Assembly: GCA_963804165.1 (NCBI GenBank)
Contig: CAWDPO010000046.1
Span: forward strand, 64,001-128,000
DNA from: an uncultured delta proteobacterium
Lineage (GTDB): Bacteria; Desulfobacterota; Binatia; UBA9968
Direction of reading: 5' to 3'
DNA: 64,000 nt
The notes beneath the pieces were generated by a model. The model was not told where the DNA came from, searched no databases, and saw only the letters and a program-made list of their open reading frames with translations. Below are positions 1 through 9,409 of the stretch, in pieces. The position numbers and the translations under genes are program-made. Position 1 is the stretch's first letter. The number at the start of each line of letters is the position of its first letter.

Positions 1-372
1 GCCGCGCAATTGCTCGATGCTCGTGATGTTTTTCTGGACCACCAACGAATGTTCGAGTTGGTTGTTGGGCGAGGCGATGAGTGCCGTGTCCGCGCCGCGT
101 TGATAGGCTTCCAGAGCGGGCATGCCCGAATGATTGACGAATTGCACGCTGCCGCCGATGAGCGACATGATGCTGCGCGGCCCGCCGGAGATGTAGACTA
201 GATTCAGATCCAGGCCGTGCTTTTCATAAAGCCGCGCTTCCTTGGCGACCCACGTCTGCGCCATGGAGCCCGAGATCGCGCCGTAGCTCGCGTTTACTTT
301 TTCCAACGCCGCAGCGTCGACGGGCGCCGACAATATCCCGATCAAAGCAAGAACGCTCATTAGTTGCCCCAT
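1..372 (-). CDS. ABC transporter substrate-binding protein, NMT1/SsuA-like (N-terminal part; runs off the window)
   Basis: Not in the ORF track. Manual translation gives MGQLMSVLALIGILSAPVDAAALEKVNASYGAISGSMAQTWVAKEARLYEKHGLDLNLVYISGG...IEQLRG. It has a signal peptide and the WVAxExGLxxKxGLDxxLVYI pattern shared with 32475..33485. Confidence 0.85.
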   Translation of the reverse strand, partial: MGQLMSVLALIGILSAPVDAAALEKVNASYGAISGSMAQTWVAKEARLYEKHGLDLNLVYISGGPRSIMSLIGGSVQFVNHSGMPALEAYQRGADTALIASPNNQLEHSLVVQKNITSIEQLRG

Positions 373-497
373 CTAGTTTCTCCCATTGGCTAATACGACG
401 CTAAGGTGATTTGCCGGCCCGGCGCAGTTTGCATTCCTCGACTTGCGCTATATATTAGCAACGCATTTCCCGCTTTGGTAACGGAAAGGAGAGCGCT

Positions 498-1523
498 ATG
501 AGTTTTCTCTTAGGCCTTTTCTTTTTGTTGGCAGCAAGTCCGGGCCTTCAAGCCCAGCCTTTCTACCAAGGGAAGGGCATCAAGCTCATTGTCGGCAGTC
601 CCGCCGGATCCAATTACGATCAGTACTCCCGGCTGATCGCTCCCTATCTCAGCAAGTACATTCCTGGAAATCCCGAAGTGATCGTCCAGAATATGGGGGG
701 CGCGGGGTCTGCAATTGCCGCCAACCACGTTTATCGTCTGGCCGCGCCGGATGGTTTGACGCTCTTGTCGATCCTTCCGGCGATCTACTTCGATCAGCTC
801 GTCGGTCGCAAGGAGGTCCAGTTCGACTATGCCAAATTCGCCTGGATCGGCAGCACCGACCGATCGAACAATCTGCTCATTATGCGGGCCGATACTCCCT
901 ATAAGACGCTGCAAGACGTGCGCGGCGCGTCCGAGCCGCCCAAGTGCGCAGCCACCGGCACCGGCTCGATCGCTTATTACATGCCCAAGCTGTTGGAGGA
1001 AGTGATCGGCACGAAATTCAATGTGGTGGTCGGCTACCCCGGGGGGCCCGACATGGATCTCGCGGTGGAGCGAGGCGAAGCACAATGCCGGGCATTTACC
1101 CTTTCGGCGTTTTTGAGCGACCGCGATCCGTATCGGACCTGGCGCAAGAACAATTCCGTTCGTGTGCTGGTGCAGACCGGTTCCAGTCGCGATAAAAGGC
1201 TGCCGAATGTGCCGACGCTAGTCGAGCTGATGGATGAACTCAAAACTCCCGAGCCGTCGCGGCGCCTGGCAAAATTGATTTTGGCCTCCGGCGATCTGGG
1301 CCGTCCGATTATCGGACCGCCCGGGATTTCCCCAGATCGGGTAAAAATTCTGCGCCAAGCGTTCATGAAAGCGCTGACCGACCCGGCGCTTCTCGCGCAA
1401 GCCGAAAAATTCAATATGGAAATTGAACCCACCGGCGGAGAGGAATTGGAGACGCTGGCCAGAGACGTGATGACCCAGCCTCCCGACGTGATCGAACGGA
1501 TGAAAAAATTGCTCGGCAAATGA
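498..1523 (+). CDS. Tripartite tricarboxylate transporter substrate-binding protein (TctC/Bug family)
   Basis: Signal peptide; motifs FYQGKxIxLIVGxPAG, VQNMxGAG, PDGLT, GYPG, LPNVPT, GPPG. RBS AAGGAG. Confidence 0.9.
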   Translation: MSFLLGLFFLLAASPGLQAQPFYQGKGIKLIVGSPAGSNYDQYSRLIAPYLSKYIPGNPEVIVQNMGGAGSAIAANHVYRLAAPDGLTLLSILPAIYFDQLVGRKEVQFDYAKFAWIGSTDRSNNLLIMRADTPYKTLQDVRGASEPPKCAATGTGSIAYYMPKLLEEVIGTKFNVVVGYPGGPDMDLAVERGEAQCRAFTLSAFLSDRDPYRTWRKNNSVRVLVQTGSSRDKRLPNVPTLVELMDELKTPEPSRRLAKLILASGDLGRPIIGPPGISPDRVKILRQAFMKALTDPALLAQAEKFNMEIEPTGGEELETLARDVMTQPPDVIERMKKLLGK

Positions 1524-1568
1524 TGGGCGCCAGCAACGCGCAGTAACGGGAACTAAGGAGGTAGCGCC

Positions 1569-2597
1569 ATGAAGAGAATAGTCCTCGGGCTGTTGTTTCT
1601 TGTCGCTGCAAACTCCGAGCTTTGTGCCCAGCCATCTTTCTTCGAGGGCAAGAGCGTGCGCGTCCTCGTCGGATTTACTCCCGGCGGCTCTTACGATCTC
1701 TGGGCCCGCCTCATCGCACAACACATGAGCAAGCATGTTCCTGGAAATCCCAGTTTCGTCGTGCAGAACATGACGGGCGGCGGTTCCATGGTCGCGGCGA
1801 ACTACATTTACAATGTCGCCAAGCCCGACGGCCTGACCTTCGGAGTCGTCACTCCGGGTCTGTATATTGAACAGCTCTCTGGACGAAAAGAGGTGCAGTA
1901 TGATTGGGGCAAATTCAGCTGGATCGGGTCGCCGGAAAGAACCGACCGCATCTTTTATATTCGCGCCGATACCCCCTACAAAATACTTGAAGACCTGCGC
2001 AAAGCGGCGGAGCCGCCGAAGTGCGGGGCTACCGGAGTCGGCACGGCAAGTTATTATTGGCCCAGGCTTCTCGCCGAGACCTTTGGCTTCAAGGTGAATA
2101 TTGTGGCGGGTTATCCGGGCTCGAGCGATGTCAATCTAGCGATCGAAAAAGGGGAGGTGCATTGCTGGGGCGGCACCGTTCAGGCTTTTTTTGGCAGCGA
2201 GCCGGGTCGAACTTGGGCCAAGACGGGCTATGTTCGCGTGCTCACGCAGGGAGGGCAAAAACGTCATCCGCAACTCGCCGACGTTCCGACCGTGTGGAAC
2301 CTTATGGACAAGCATGGTGCCAGTGAACCAACGCGGCGGGTGGCTAAGGTGCTTCTCTCTCCCGACGACCTCGGCCGCCCTTTCTTTGGTCCGCCGGGCG
2401 TCCCAGCGGACCGAGTCAAAATCTTGCGCGACGCGTTTGCGAAGGTCCTGAATGATCCCGACGTAGCGGCGGAAGCTCAAAAGAAAGGGCTCGACCCCAG
2501 TCTGGTCACCGGGGGCGAGATTGAAAGTTTGATCAAAGAGCTTGTCGGCCTGCCGCCTGAAGTCACCCAGCGGATGAAGAGACTTGTGGAGCAGTAA
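1569..2597 (+). CDS. TctC/Bug family substrate-binding protein (tandem paralog)
   Basis: GFTPGGSYD, VQNMTGGG, KPDGLT, GYPG, GPPGVPADRV. RBS AAGGAGG. Confidence 0.9.
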   Translation: MKRIVLGLLFLVAANSELCAQPSFFEGKSVRVLVGFTPGGSYDLWARLIAQHMSKHVPGNPSFVVQNMTGGGSMVAANYIYNVAKPDGLTFGVVTPGLYIEQLSGRKEVQYDWGKFSWIGSPERTDRIFYIRADTPYKILEDLRKAAEPPKCGATGVGTASYYWPRLLAETFGFKVNIVAGYPGSSDVNLAIEKGEVHCWGGTVQAFFGSEPGRTWAKTGYVRVLTQGGQKRHPQLADVPTVWNLMDKHGASEPTRRVAKVLLSPDDLGRPFFGPPGVPADRVKILRDAFAKVLNDPDVAAEAQKKGLDPSLVTGGEIESLIKELVGLPPEVTQRMKRLVEQ

Positions 2598-2689
2598 GTG
2601 TCAGATGGTGCAGATTGCCATCTGTGCAATCGCTCCATCTTTTTTAACAGAGTGTATGCCCGGAACTCGTCCGATGAACGGACTTCGTA

Positions 2690-2815
2690 TTTCTTTCGCG
2701 GATGAAGTCGATGTCGCCGCGCACGGCGTCATCGGAGATAGTGCCGTCGGTGAAAAGATTGTTACGATGTCACGCAGAGAAGCTTCCGCGGTTTTCGGTC
2801 GACTGTAGGATAACG
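2690..2815 (-). pseudogene. Orphan 3' fragment of an NMT1/SsuA-type binding protein gene, paralogous to 4847..5815
   Basis: ttcgcggatgaagtcgatgtcgccgcgcacggcgtcatcgg...gcttccgcggttttcggtcga aligns with 4934-5043. It encodes KTAEASLRDIV and, after a frameshift, DDAVRGDIDFIRE. Confidence 0.75.
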
Positions 2816-2879
2816 CAAAAGTCAAACGATAAATAAAATCATTCGTCTTGCCATCGGCGCTGTCCCTTCCGCGGATCAA

Positions 2880-4125
2880 TCACTTATCTGAAAAACGTGG
2901 AATCTGGAACTGCCGCACTCTCGGGAAGCTCGCGGCGACAACGATAAGGACGAACAGCGTCGCTATGCCGCCGGTCAAGGCGGATAGTTGCGTGCCCAGC
3001 CAAGCTGCAACAACGCCGGACTCGAACTGGCCGAGTTGTGGCCCGCTGCTCGTAAAGATGCTGTTGATCGACGACATACGTCCGCGCAACTCGTCGGGAG
3101 TGCTGAGCTGGTTGATCGTCGAACGCAATATGGAGCTGATGGTGTCGCCGGCGCCGGTCAACATCGAGCATGAGAAAGGAAAACCAGAAAATCTGCGAGC
3201 CCGCGAAAAAGACCGTCGAGAGCCCGTAGATCCCGATGCCGAGAAAAATCCAGCGGCCGCTGTGTTTCACCGGACCGAAGAGAGCCATGGCGCCGGCGGC
3301 GAGCAAAGAGCCGATGGCGCGCGCGGCGTAGAGAAGGCCGAGGCCGGTGGGGCCGACAAGCAAAATGTCGCGCGCGTAAATGGGAAACAGGCCGCGGACG
3401 TTGCCGAAAAACGTCGCGCTGAAATCCAGCAACATGAGCGGAAAAATAACGCCGTGCGACCAGACAAATTGCAATCCTTCGCGCAAGCGAAGTCAGAGAA
3501 ACCGTTTTCCAACCTCCGCCTTCCGGTATTTTTGTTCGCAGAAGCTTTAGGGCGCCGAGCATAGCGAGCCAAGAACAGGCGTCGACGGCATAGCATGCTG
3601 CCGGACCCGAGAAGGCCAACACGAGGCCGGCCAAGGATGGGCCGGCAATGATCGGCACGTAGCGTTGCGTGCCTTGCAGCGCAAGCGCTTGCGCTAACTG
3701 TTCGCGCGGCACCAGGCTCGGAATGATCGATTGGCGCGAGGGTTGTTCGAGCGAGGTAAAAAGTGCCAAGCAACACCGTCGCGACGTAAAGCATATGCGG
3801 CGTGGCTCTGCCGGCGAACGTCAATAGCGCAAGCGTCGTCGAGACGCCAAACAGGCCGAGCTGCGTGCACATCATCAGCTTGCGGCGGTTCGATCGCGTC
3901 GGCGAGCAGCCCGCCGACGAGCAGAAGGGCGATTTGCGGCACCGCCCGCGCGACGCCGAGCAGCCCGATCTGCAGCGGCGAATTGGTCAGCTCATAGATT
4001 TGCCATGCCATCGCGACCGTAGTGAATTGCGTGCCGATGCTGGAGAAAAAGGAGCCGGTCCAGAAAACACTAAAGTCGCGATGGCGAAAAGGCGAAAAAT
4101 AATCTCGTTCGGTTTTTTCAGGCAT
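2880..4125 (-). CDS. MFS transporter (EntS/MFS_3-like), split by about 3 frameshifts
   Basis: Consecutive fragments 3694..4125 (FRHRDFSVFW, AMAWQIYELTNSPL, GGLLAD), 3267..3875, 3158..3769 (PSRQSIIPSLVP), 2884..3486 and 2880..3164 (TPDELRGRMSS) join into one 12-TM MFS. Confidence 0.85.
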
Positions 4126-4224
4126 TCAGTGATGGAGCGGTTTTCGCGTCGTAGGTCGTTCTTATCCCAGAGGCGAATCGATGTCTATTCGACGTGGGGA
4201 TTTCCCCTTGACGAGAAGGCGCGA

Positions 4225-4335
4225 TTGGACCTAGCGTTCCAAAAAGCTGCAACTATCCCGGTCACGGAACTGTTGAAGAAATAGGAGGACAGTGGATTCA
4301 TCCAAAAGACTTTTAGCGCCTACGGAGTGAAGTGA
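4225..4335 (+). pseudogene. Orphan 3' fragment of an NMT1/SsuA-type binding protein gene
   Basis: Reads ...FQKAATIPVTELLKK*EDSGFIQKTFSAYGVK*, resembling the C-terminus LDGLNKSGFFDKLWAGK of 32475..33485; contains an internal TAG. Confidence 0.5.
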
Positions 4336-4444
4336 GGTTGTTGGTTTCCTGCTTTAGATAGGCGAAGAATTCGATTTTAATTGTATTGCGCGTCGCCGCG
4401 CTAATTAGTATTTATCGATATCGGAAGAAAAGGGCTTCCAATCA

Positions 4445-4714
4445 TTGGTTAAATACAACCCTCATCTGCAGAAAGCCATTTTTGACGTGATCGATAAGCA
4501 AATTAAGGAGAACGATCCTCCGGAAACGCGCGAGACTTTTAACCGGCTTGTGCGCGAAGGGCACTCAAAAACCGAGACGAGAAAGCTGATCGGGTGTGCC
4601 ATCGCCGTGGAGATCTACGATATCATGAAAAACCAGAAGCCCTTTGACCGAGAACGGTTCGTTGGCAATCTCAGAAGACTGCCCGAACTTCCGTTCGATG
4701 ATGAGGAGGAGTGA
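4445..4714 (+). CDS. Small alpha-helical hypothetical protein (DUF1841-like)
   Basis: 89 aa, protein-like composition, NDPPETRETFNRL...EIYDIMK...FDRERF pattern. Family assignment tentative. Confidence 0.7.
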   Translation: MVKYNPHLQKAIFDVIDKQIKENDPPETRETFNRLVREGHSKTETRKLIGCAIAVEIYDIMKNQKPFDRERFVGNLRRLPELPFDDEEE

Positions 4715-4728
4715 AAGGATCGAGTTAA

Positions 4729-4822
4729 CTATTTGCGCCATGGAGCTATTCATGTGCACGGCCAGATTGCTCGATTGCTCTACGACGTCCTTTCCCAAGG
4801 CTTCGAGTTCTTGCCCGTCGAT
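4729..4822 (-). pseudogene. Orphan 3' fragment of a TctC/Bug gene
   Basis: IDGQELEALGKDVVEQSSNLAVHM... matches the C-terminus TGGEELETLARDVMTQPPDVIERMKKLLGK of 498..1523. Confidence 0.6.
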
Positions 4823-4846
4823 TGATCTCCAAAGACTTCCCCATCT

Positions 4847-5815
4847 CTACCTTTTCATTTCCCCCAACACTTCTTTCAATATTCCATAGTCCACCACTTG
4901 GGCGAGGGGAATCGCTGTCTTCAGTTTATTCTGTTCGCGGATGAAATCGATGTCGCCGCGCACGGCATCATCGGCGGTGGTTCCGTCCTTGGAAAGATTC
5001 TTTACGATCTCGCGCAGGGACGCTTCGGCGGTTTTTCGGTCGAGTTGGAAATCTTCCATGATGAAGGGAATGACTTTTTCCTGATTGGCGGAATCTCTGG
5101 CGAAGTCCATGCCGCGCAGCGTTGCACGAACCACGCGTTTAACTTGTGCGGGATTCGATTTGATACGTGCATCGGAAGTGCCCAAGCCGGCCAACACCGT
5201 GCGCAAATAATCCGCCACGTTCCCCAGGCTTCGGTAACCTAAGTCTTCCGCCTTGTAGTTAAACGGTATCGAAAGCAAAGCGGCCGCGGCTGCGCCGCCC
5301 TGCAAAGCGGCGAAGGCATTTGCCGTGCTGCCTGCGGCGATAATAGTCAGGTCCTGCTCGGGACTCATGCCCGCCGCTTTCGCCATGGCGCGCGCGCCGA
5401 CCGCATCGGTGGCGGCGATAGCGGTCACTGCGACGGCCTTGCCTTTGAGGTCTTGAATACGTTTTATCTCGGGCCGCACCATCATGTGAAATATCGGTTT
5501 GTCGAGGGTAAACATCAGCGCCTTTACCGGCAAACCGGCGGCGGCCCCGCGAAGAACCGTGCCAGCCGCGGCGATATACTCCATTTCGCCGCTCACAACT
5601 GCCGCCAACTGCACGTCGGCTTTGCCTACCGGAAGGCTCACTTCGAGTCCTTCGTTTTTAAAGAGGCCGAACTTGTCCGCCAAGTAGTAATTCAAGAACG
5701 TCAGGCTCTTCGACGGCATGGCCACGCGTACGGGCTCGGCCAATGCCGTTGCAGCGCCCAAGAGAATCGCGAGAGCGAGTACGATTGCGGTTACGAAATT
5801 ATTCTTATGCCTCAT
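4847..5815 (-). CDS. ABC transporter substrate-binding protein, NMT1/SsuA-like
   Basis: Likely start MRHKNNF at 5815; signal peptide; GLFKNEGLEV, DLKGKAVAV, AALQGG motifs. Confidence 0.88.
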   Translation of the reverse strand: MRHKNNFVTAIVLALAILLGAATALAEPVRVAMPSKSLTFLNYYLADKFGLFKNEGLEVSLPVGKADVQLAAVVSGEMEYIAAAGTVLRGAAAGLPVKALMFTLDKPIFHMMVRPEIKRIQDLKGKAVAVTAIAATDAVGARAMAKAAGMSPEQDLTIIAAGSTANAFAALQGGAAAAALLSIPFNYKAEDLGYRSLGNVADYLRTVLAGLGTSDARIKSNPAQVKRVVRATLRGMDFARDSANQEKVIPFIMEDFQLDRKTAEASLREIVKNLSKDGTTADDAVRGDIDFIREQNKLKTAIPLAQVVDYGILKEVLGEMKR

Positions 5816-5920
5816 AAAGCTCTTCAGAAGAGAGCCCGATCGGCAACGTAGAGCCGCGGCAACGTGCTGGCCTTGATTATCGACGCAGCGAATGGAATCA
5901 CTATTCACGAACGCGATTTC

Positions 5921-7051
5921 TCACACTTCGCTTTCGAGAATCTCCAATCCGTCCAGACGATCGATCAGGTACAGTAAGCCGTTGTCGGCGCGATAAACAT
6001 CGTTGCTCTTGACGGTCTTTTGTCCGCGGCCGGGAGCCGGCACGTAGCAACCGATCTCGGTCGGGAGATAGGGATTACTGACGTCGACGACGCGCAGGCC
6101 GCCGCTGAACCAGGTGACGAACATCTTGTTGTCGTAAACTTGTTCGGCGGGTTGGTGCGCGCCGTATTGATGGCCCGGTTCGATGCCGTGAGCTTCCGCC
6201 GTGTTGAACGTCGAGATTGGCACCGGACGAGTTTCGTCGGTGATGTCGACCATCCACATAAAGGCATACGGCATCGGCGCCCGCTTGCCCGCTTCTTCGT
6301 CGGTTACGACCATGACATCGCGGTTCATCAGCTTCCACGGGATCGGCAAGGTCGTGTGGATCGGCGAGGGGTAGGGCGGCGACCAGTTGAGGCCGCTGAT
6401 GAATTTCGGGCGGCTCATGTCGGCGATATCCAGGATCACGAAACCGCCGTGCCAGTAACTCGTGTAGAGCCGATCACCGCGCCGGATCGGATGGTGGCAC
6501 TGATGCGCGGTGCCTTCCCACGACGGTGTCTCGCCGCCGCCGATCCACTGACCGGGCATCCACCATCTTCCCACTTCTTCCGGATGCGCGGGATCCTTGA
6601 GATCCACGATCATCACGATGCGTCCGACATATCCGTCGATATGCGCCGAGATGTAAGCGTAGTCGCCGTCGAAGGTGAAGCGATGAACGCCGCCGTTGGT
6701 TTCGAAGAACGCGATCTCTTTGGGCCTTTCCCGGTTGGAAATGTCGTAGACTTTGAGCCCGGTGGGCTGCTTCTCTTTGCTCCGGTATCTTTCCAGATTC
6801 ACGAGCATGATGTCGCCGCTGACCCGGACTTTGTGCGAATGCACGCCCTGGGGAATTTCAATCTCCGCGATAACCTTGGGATGCTTCGGATTTTTCACAT
6901 CGACAATCGACGTGCCGTGCGGCGGGTCCATGTGACCGACAAATGCGTAGCCGTTCTCGACCACCACTTGACCGCCGCCCGCCAAGTCCGTCCGCCCGAT
7001 CCGTTTTATATTTTTGCTGATGCCAAATTCAGGCGCGTTCAGTTGGCTCAT
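5921..7051 (-). CDS. LVIVD-repeat beta-propeller protein
   Basis: Repeated IVDVKNPKHP, VYDISNRERP, IVDLKDPAHP, ILDIADMSRP, MVDITDETRP and VVDVSNPYLP blades. Confidence 0.85.
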   Translation of the reverse strand: MSQLNAPEFGISKNIKRIGRTDLAGGGQVVVENGYAFVGHMDPPHGTSIVDVKNPKHPKVIAEIEIPQGVHSHKVRVSGDIMLVNLERYRSKEKQPTGLKVYDISNRERPKEIAFFETNGGVHRFTFDGDYAYISAHIDGYVGRIVMIVDLKDPAHPEEVGRWWMPGQWIGGGETPSWEGTAHQCHHPIRRGDRLYTSYWHGGFVILDIADMSRPKFISGLNWSPPYPSPIHTTLPIPWKLMNRDVMVVTDEEAGKRAPMPYAFMWMVDITDETRPVPISTFNTAEAHGIEPGHQYGAHQPAEQVYDNKMFVTWFSGGLRVVDVSNPYLPTEIGCYVPAPGRGQKTVKSNDVYRADNGLLYLIDRLDGLEILESEV

Positions 7052-7234
7052 GAATTTTTCTCCTGTTCGATTCGAGTAGGTTCTTGTACCAAGCCGGAGG
7101 CAAAGCGGTCAACCGGATACAGCGCCTATTCGCAAAATGCAACGATCGCAGAACGGGTGTGTGAGGCCACCATCGATAGCTGATTGACCTCACCTTAATT
7201 TTGCGATAGAGGCAGGCTAACGGGAGATCGTATT

Positions 7235-7723
7235 ATGCTTTTTCTTCCTGATTACGCGGGTGTCCTTCGCTGTATCGGTCAAGCGCTGCAAAACCAAGAA
7301 ATCGAAGTGTTTGAACTAGTATCCCACGCTAATGAGTTCCGCCTGCAATGCGGCGATCCGAATCCTCCCTACGTGGGCTTGAAAGAATTTAGGTTTTCGC
7401 TTGAGCAGATAGAAACTCTTGATCGTGAAGGTCAAGCACGGCGTGGTCAAGCAAACGCCGGGATACGATTCGACAGTGTTGCCGAAATGCTGCGCGCGGT
7501 GGGAGGCTACCTTAACAATAAGCGCGGGCATTTGCGGCGGGTCAACAACAGTTGCGCTTCAATCACCGATGATCCCGTTGTCGAGATCGAGTATGAAACT
7601 CGGACCGGGGTTCAGTCGGAAAATCTGACCGTGAGCTTTATCCGTGAAGCCAGCGTGAGTATGTACAAGAAGCGAACGCGCCTCGCGCACCCCGTCAGCG
7701 TTCTTCGCGGCGTTAGCCACTAA
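7235..7723 (+). CDS. Hypothetical protein with internal duplication
   Basis: 162 aa; GGGAG RBS; halves begin DYAGVLRCIGQAL and SVAEMLRAVGGYL. Confidence 0.7.
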   Translation: MLFLPDYAGVLRCIGQALQNQEIEVFELVSHANEFRLQCGDPNPPYVGLKEFRFSLEQIETLDREGQARRGQANAGIRFDSVAEMLRAVGGYLNNKRGHLRRVNNSCASITDDPVVEIEYETRTGVQSENLTVSFIREASVSMYKKRTRLAHPVSVLRGVSH

Positions 7724-7862
7724 CTCTTCGACAAAAGAAAATTTCCACTGCCGCGCCCTTGGCTGCCGCCTGGCTCACTGCGCGGCAGAAGGTCGTCAAA
7801 CACCAGCTGAAGCGGTGTATGGCGAGGTCAGCGCCTGTAACATCAGGCGGGGGGGCAGAGAG

Positions 7863-7878
7863 TGGCGGTGCGGTTGCA
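7863..7878 (+). promoter_or_regulatory. Putative sigma54 -24/-12 promoter
   Basis: TGGCGG-TGCGG-TTGCA (GG-N10-GC) upstream of the RRM gene. Confidence 0.4.
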
Positions 7879-7912
7879 AAAAAATCACCGGATTAATAAT
7901 TGGCACCGGTGA

Positions 7913-7941
7913 TTGACAGTACCGCAGTTAACACGTAGAGT
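7913..7941 (+). promoter_or_regulatory. sigma70 promoter for the RRM gene
   Basis: TTGACA-N17-TAGAGT; the inverted repeat AATCACCGG-N14-CCGGTGATT (7883-7914) overlaps the -35 box. Confidence 0.65.
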
Positions 7942-8143
7942 GAAATTCCTACTTCAGTAATAGGCCTTCTGAAAGAGGATGACACAAACGTTGAAGGCCT
8001 CTAATCCGTCTCTCTCCTTGCGAACGATACCTAAAGGATAATCCGACCAGAGCGTGGTTTCAGTCATTCACTAGCCCATGTTCTGCCCACTGGCAGTCTA
8101 ATTCTCAGGGTCATAGACAACAATTTTCTCATTGGAGGAGAAC

Positions 8144-8449
8144 ATGGGTACTAAATTATATGTTGGCGGTCTGCCTTATTCGGTAACCGAAGGGCGGCTG
8201 CAAGAAATCTTTTCAGCGCACGGGGCCGTCGAATCGGCCAACGTGATCTCGGACAAGTTTACCGGACAATCCCGGGGCTTCGGCTTCGTGGAGATGGGTT
8301 CCAGCGGCGAGGCTCAGAAAGCCATCGAGTCGCTCAACGGCACGCAGCTCGACGGGCGCACGCTCACCGTTAACGAAGCCAAGCCTATGGTGCGGCGCGA
8401 CAACGGCGGCGGTGGCGGGGGCCGTGACAATGGACGCAATCGCTGGTAG
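8144..8449 (+). CDS. RRM-domain RNA-binding protein with Gly-rich tail
   Basis: RNP2 LYVGGL, RNP1 RGFGFVEM, LDGRTLTVNEA; GGAGGAG RBS. Confidence 0.95.
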   Translation: MGTKLYVGGLPYSVTEGRLQEIFSAHGAVESANVISDKFTGQSRGFGFVEMGSSGEAQKAIESLNGTQLDGRTLTVNEAKPMVRRDNGGGGGGRDNGRNRW

Positions 8450-8475
8450 TCTTTTCGTCATCTAGCTAGTCCACT

Positions 8476-8510
8476 GGGGAGCAACAGGTCGGGTTGCTCC
8501 CCTCTTTTTT
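8476..8510 (+). terminator. Rho-independent terminator
   Basis: GGGGAGCAAC-loop-GTTGCTCCCC followed by TCTTTTTT. Confidence 0.85.
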
Positions 8511-8691
8511 CACTTCACGCTTCGGCTTGCTGCCGACTTTGGCGGAAGGGGCATTTTTCTTCCGCGATTCCGCTGTTGGCTCTCTGTCAGTCACACCGGA
8601 ATAGATTTGTCCTTACCTCATTTGTTTTCAGCTCCGAGGACATCCGGTAACTTGGAGGCTTTTTTATTGGGCCGTAAACCACGGAGGTTCC

Positions 8692-9060
8692 ATGACCGAA
8701 CAACAAGCGGTTAAACAGAGCGCAGAATTGCTGAGAACGATCATCCGAAGCATCGACAAAAAGCTCGAGTATACTTTCATCGACCCGTCGCAAGAAGGAA
8801 GATTCTCGCTTCGACTGTCGACGCGCGGACGGGCGGGTATTGTTTCCCTGCTGACGAATGACCTGCGGCTGGCCGTGAACGATAACGTGCGCAAGAACGG
8901 GATCCGCCAAAAGATCAAAAGCACGCGCGACCATTTGCTATCGAACTACGTGGTCGACGTCATGGGAAGAAAGGTTACGCGGATGCTGAAGCAGTCGGCC
9001 GGCGGAAAGGACGAGATTAAGTCATCCTTTTTCTATAGACGCCCGCAGGGAAGAAGATAG
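8692..9060 (+). CDS. Hypothetical basic protein
   Basis: 122 aa; GGAGG RBS; followed by a hairpin. Confidence 0.7.
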   Translation: MTEQQAVKQSAELLRTIIRSIDKKLEYTFIDPSQEGRFSLRLSTRGRAGIVSLLTNDLRLAVNDNVRKNGIRQKIKSTRDHLLSNYVVDVMGRKVTRMLKQSAGGKDEIKSSFFYRRPQGRR

Positions 9061-9086
9061 CCGGTTTTTGACGATTCGGCTGCGGA

Positions 9087-9116
9087 TCCCGATTCAACTT
9101 TATTATTGAATCGGGA
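9087..9116. terminator. Stem-loop, possible terminator
   Basis: TCCCGATTCAA-N8-TTGAATCGGGA; no clear U-tract. Confidence 0.45.
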
Positions 9117-9226
9117 AGCAGATTCTTCGCTCCATTTCATTTCATGTGGGTGGGATCGTCAAGAATTGAAGGCCCAGCCCAAAAACCGTTTCAGAAGCCA
9201 TCGTAACTGCCAACCGAAGTCTACCC

Positions 9227-9409
9227 CTAGTGTGCGGACTCAGAGATTCGCAATATAATTCGATCGTCATTCCGGGCAACCCCGGATCACAGTCCGGGGT
9301 AGCGCGACCCGGAATCCAGGAATTTCAAAGGCATCTGGATACCGGCGTCCGCTGGTATGACGGCCAAGCGTGAACACTCGTTTAACAAACTTCCGGGCCA
9401 CGACACGAG
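9227..9409. repeat. REP doublet (GTCATTCCG...GGAATCCAG/CTGGATACC...GGTATGAC family) inside imperfect CTAGTGT-type terminal repeats
   Basis: Core 9266-9363 resembles 28692-28769 and 33572-33652; ends are ctagtgtgcgg and ccacgacacgag. Confidence 0.7.
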
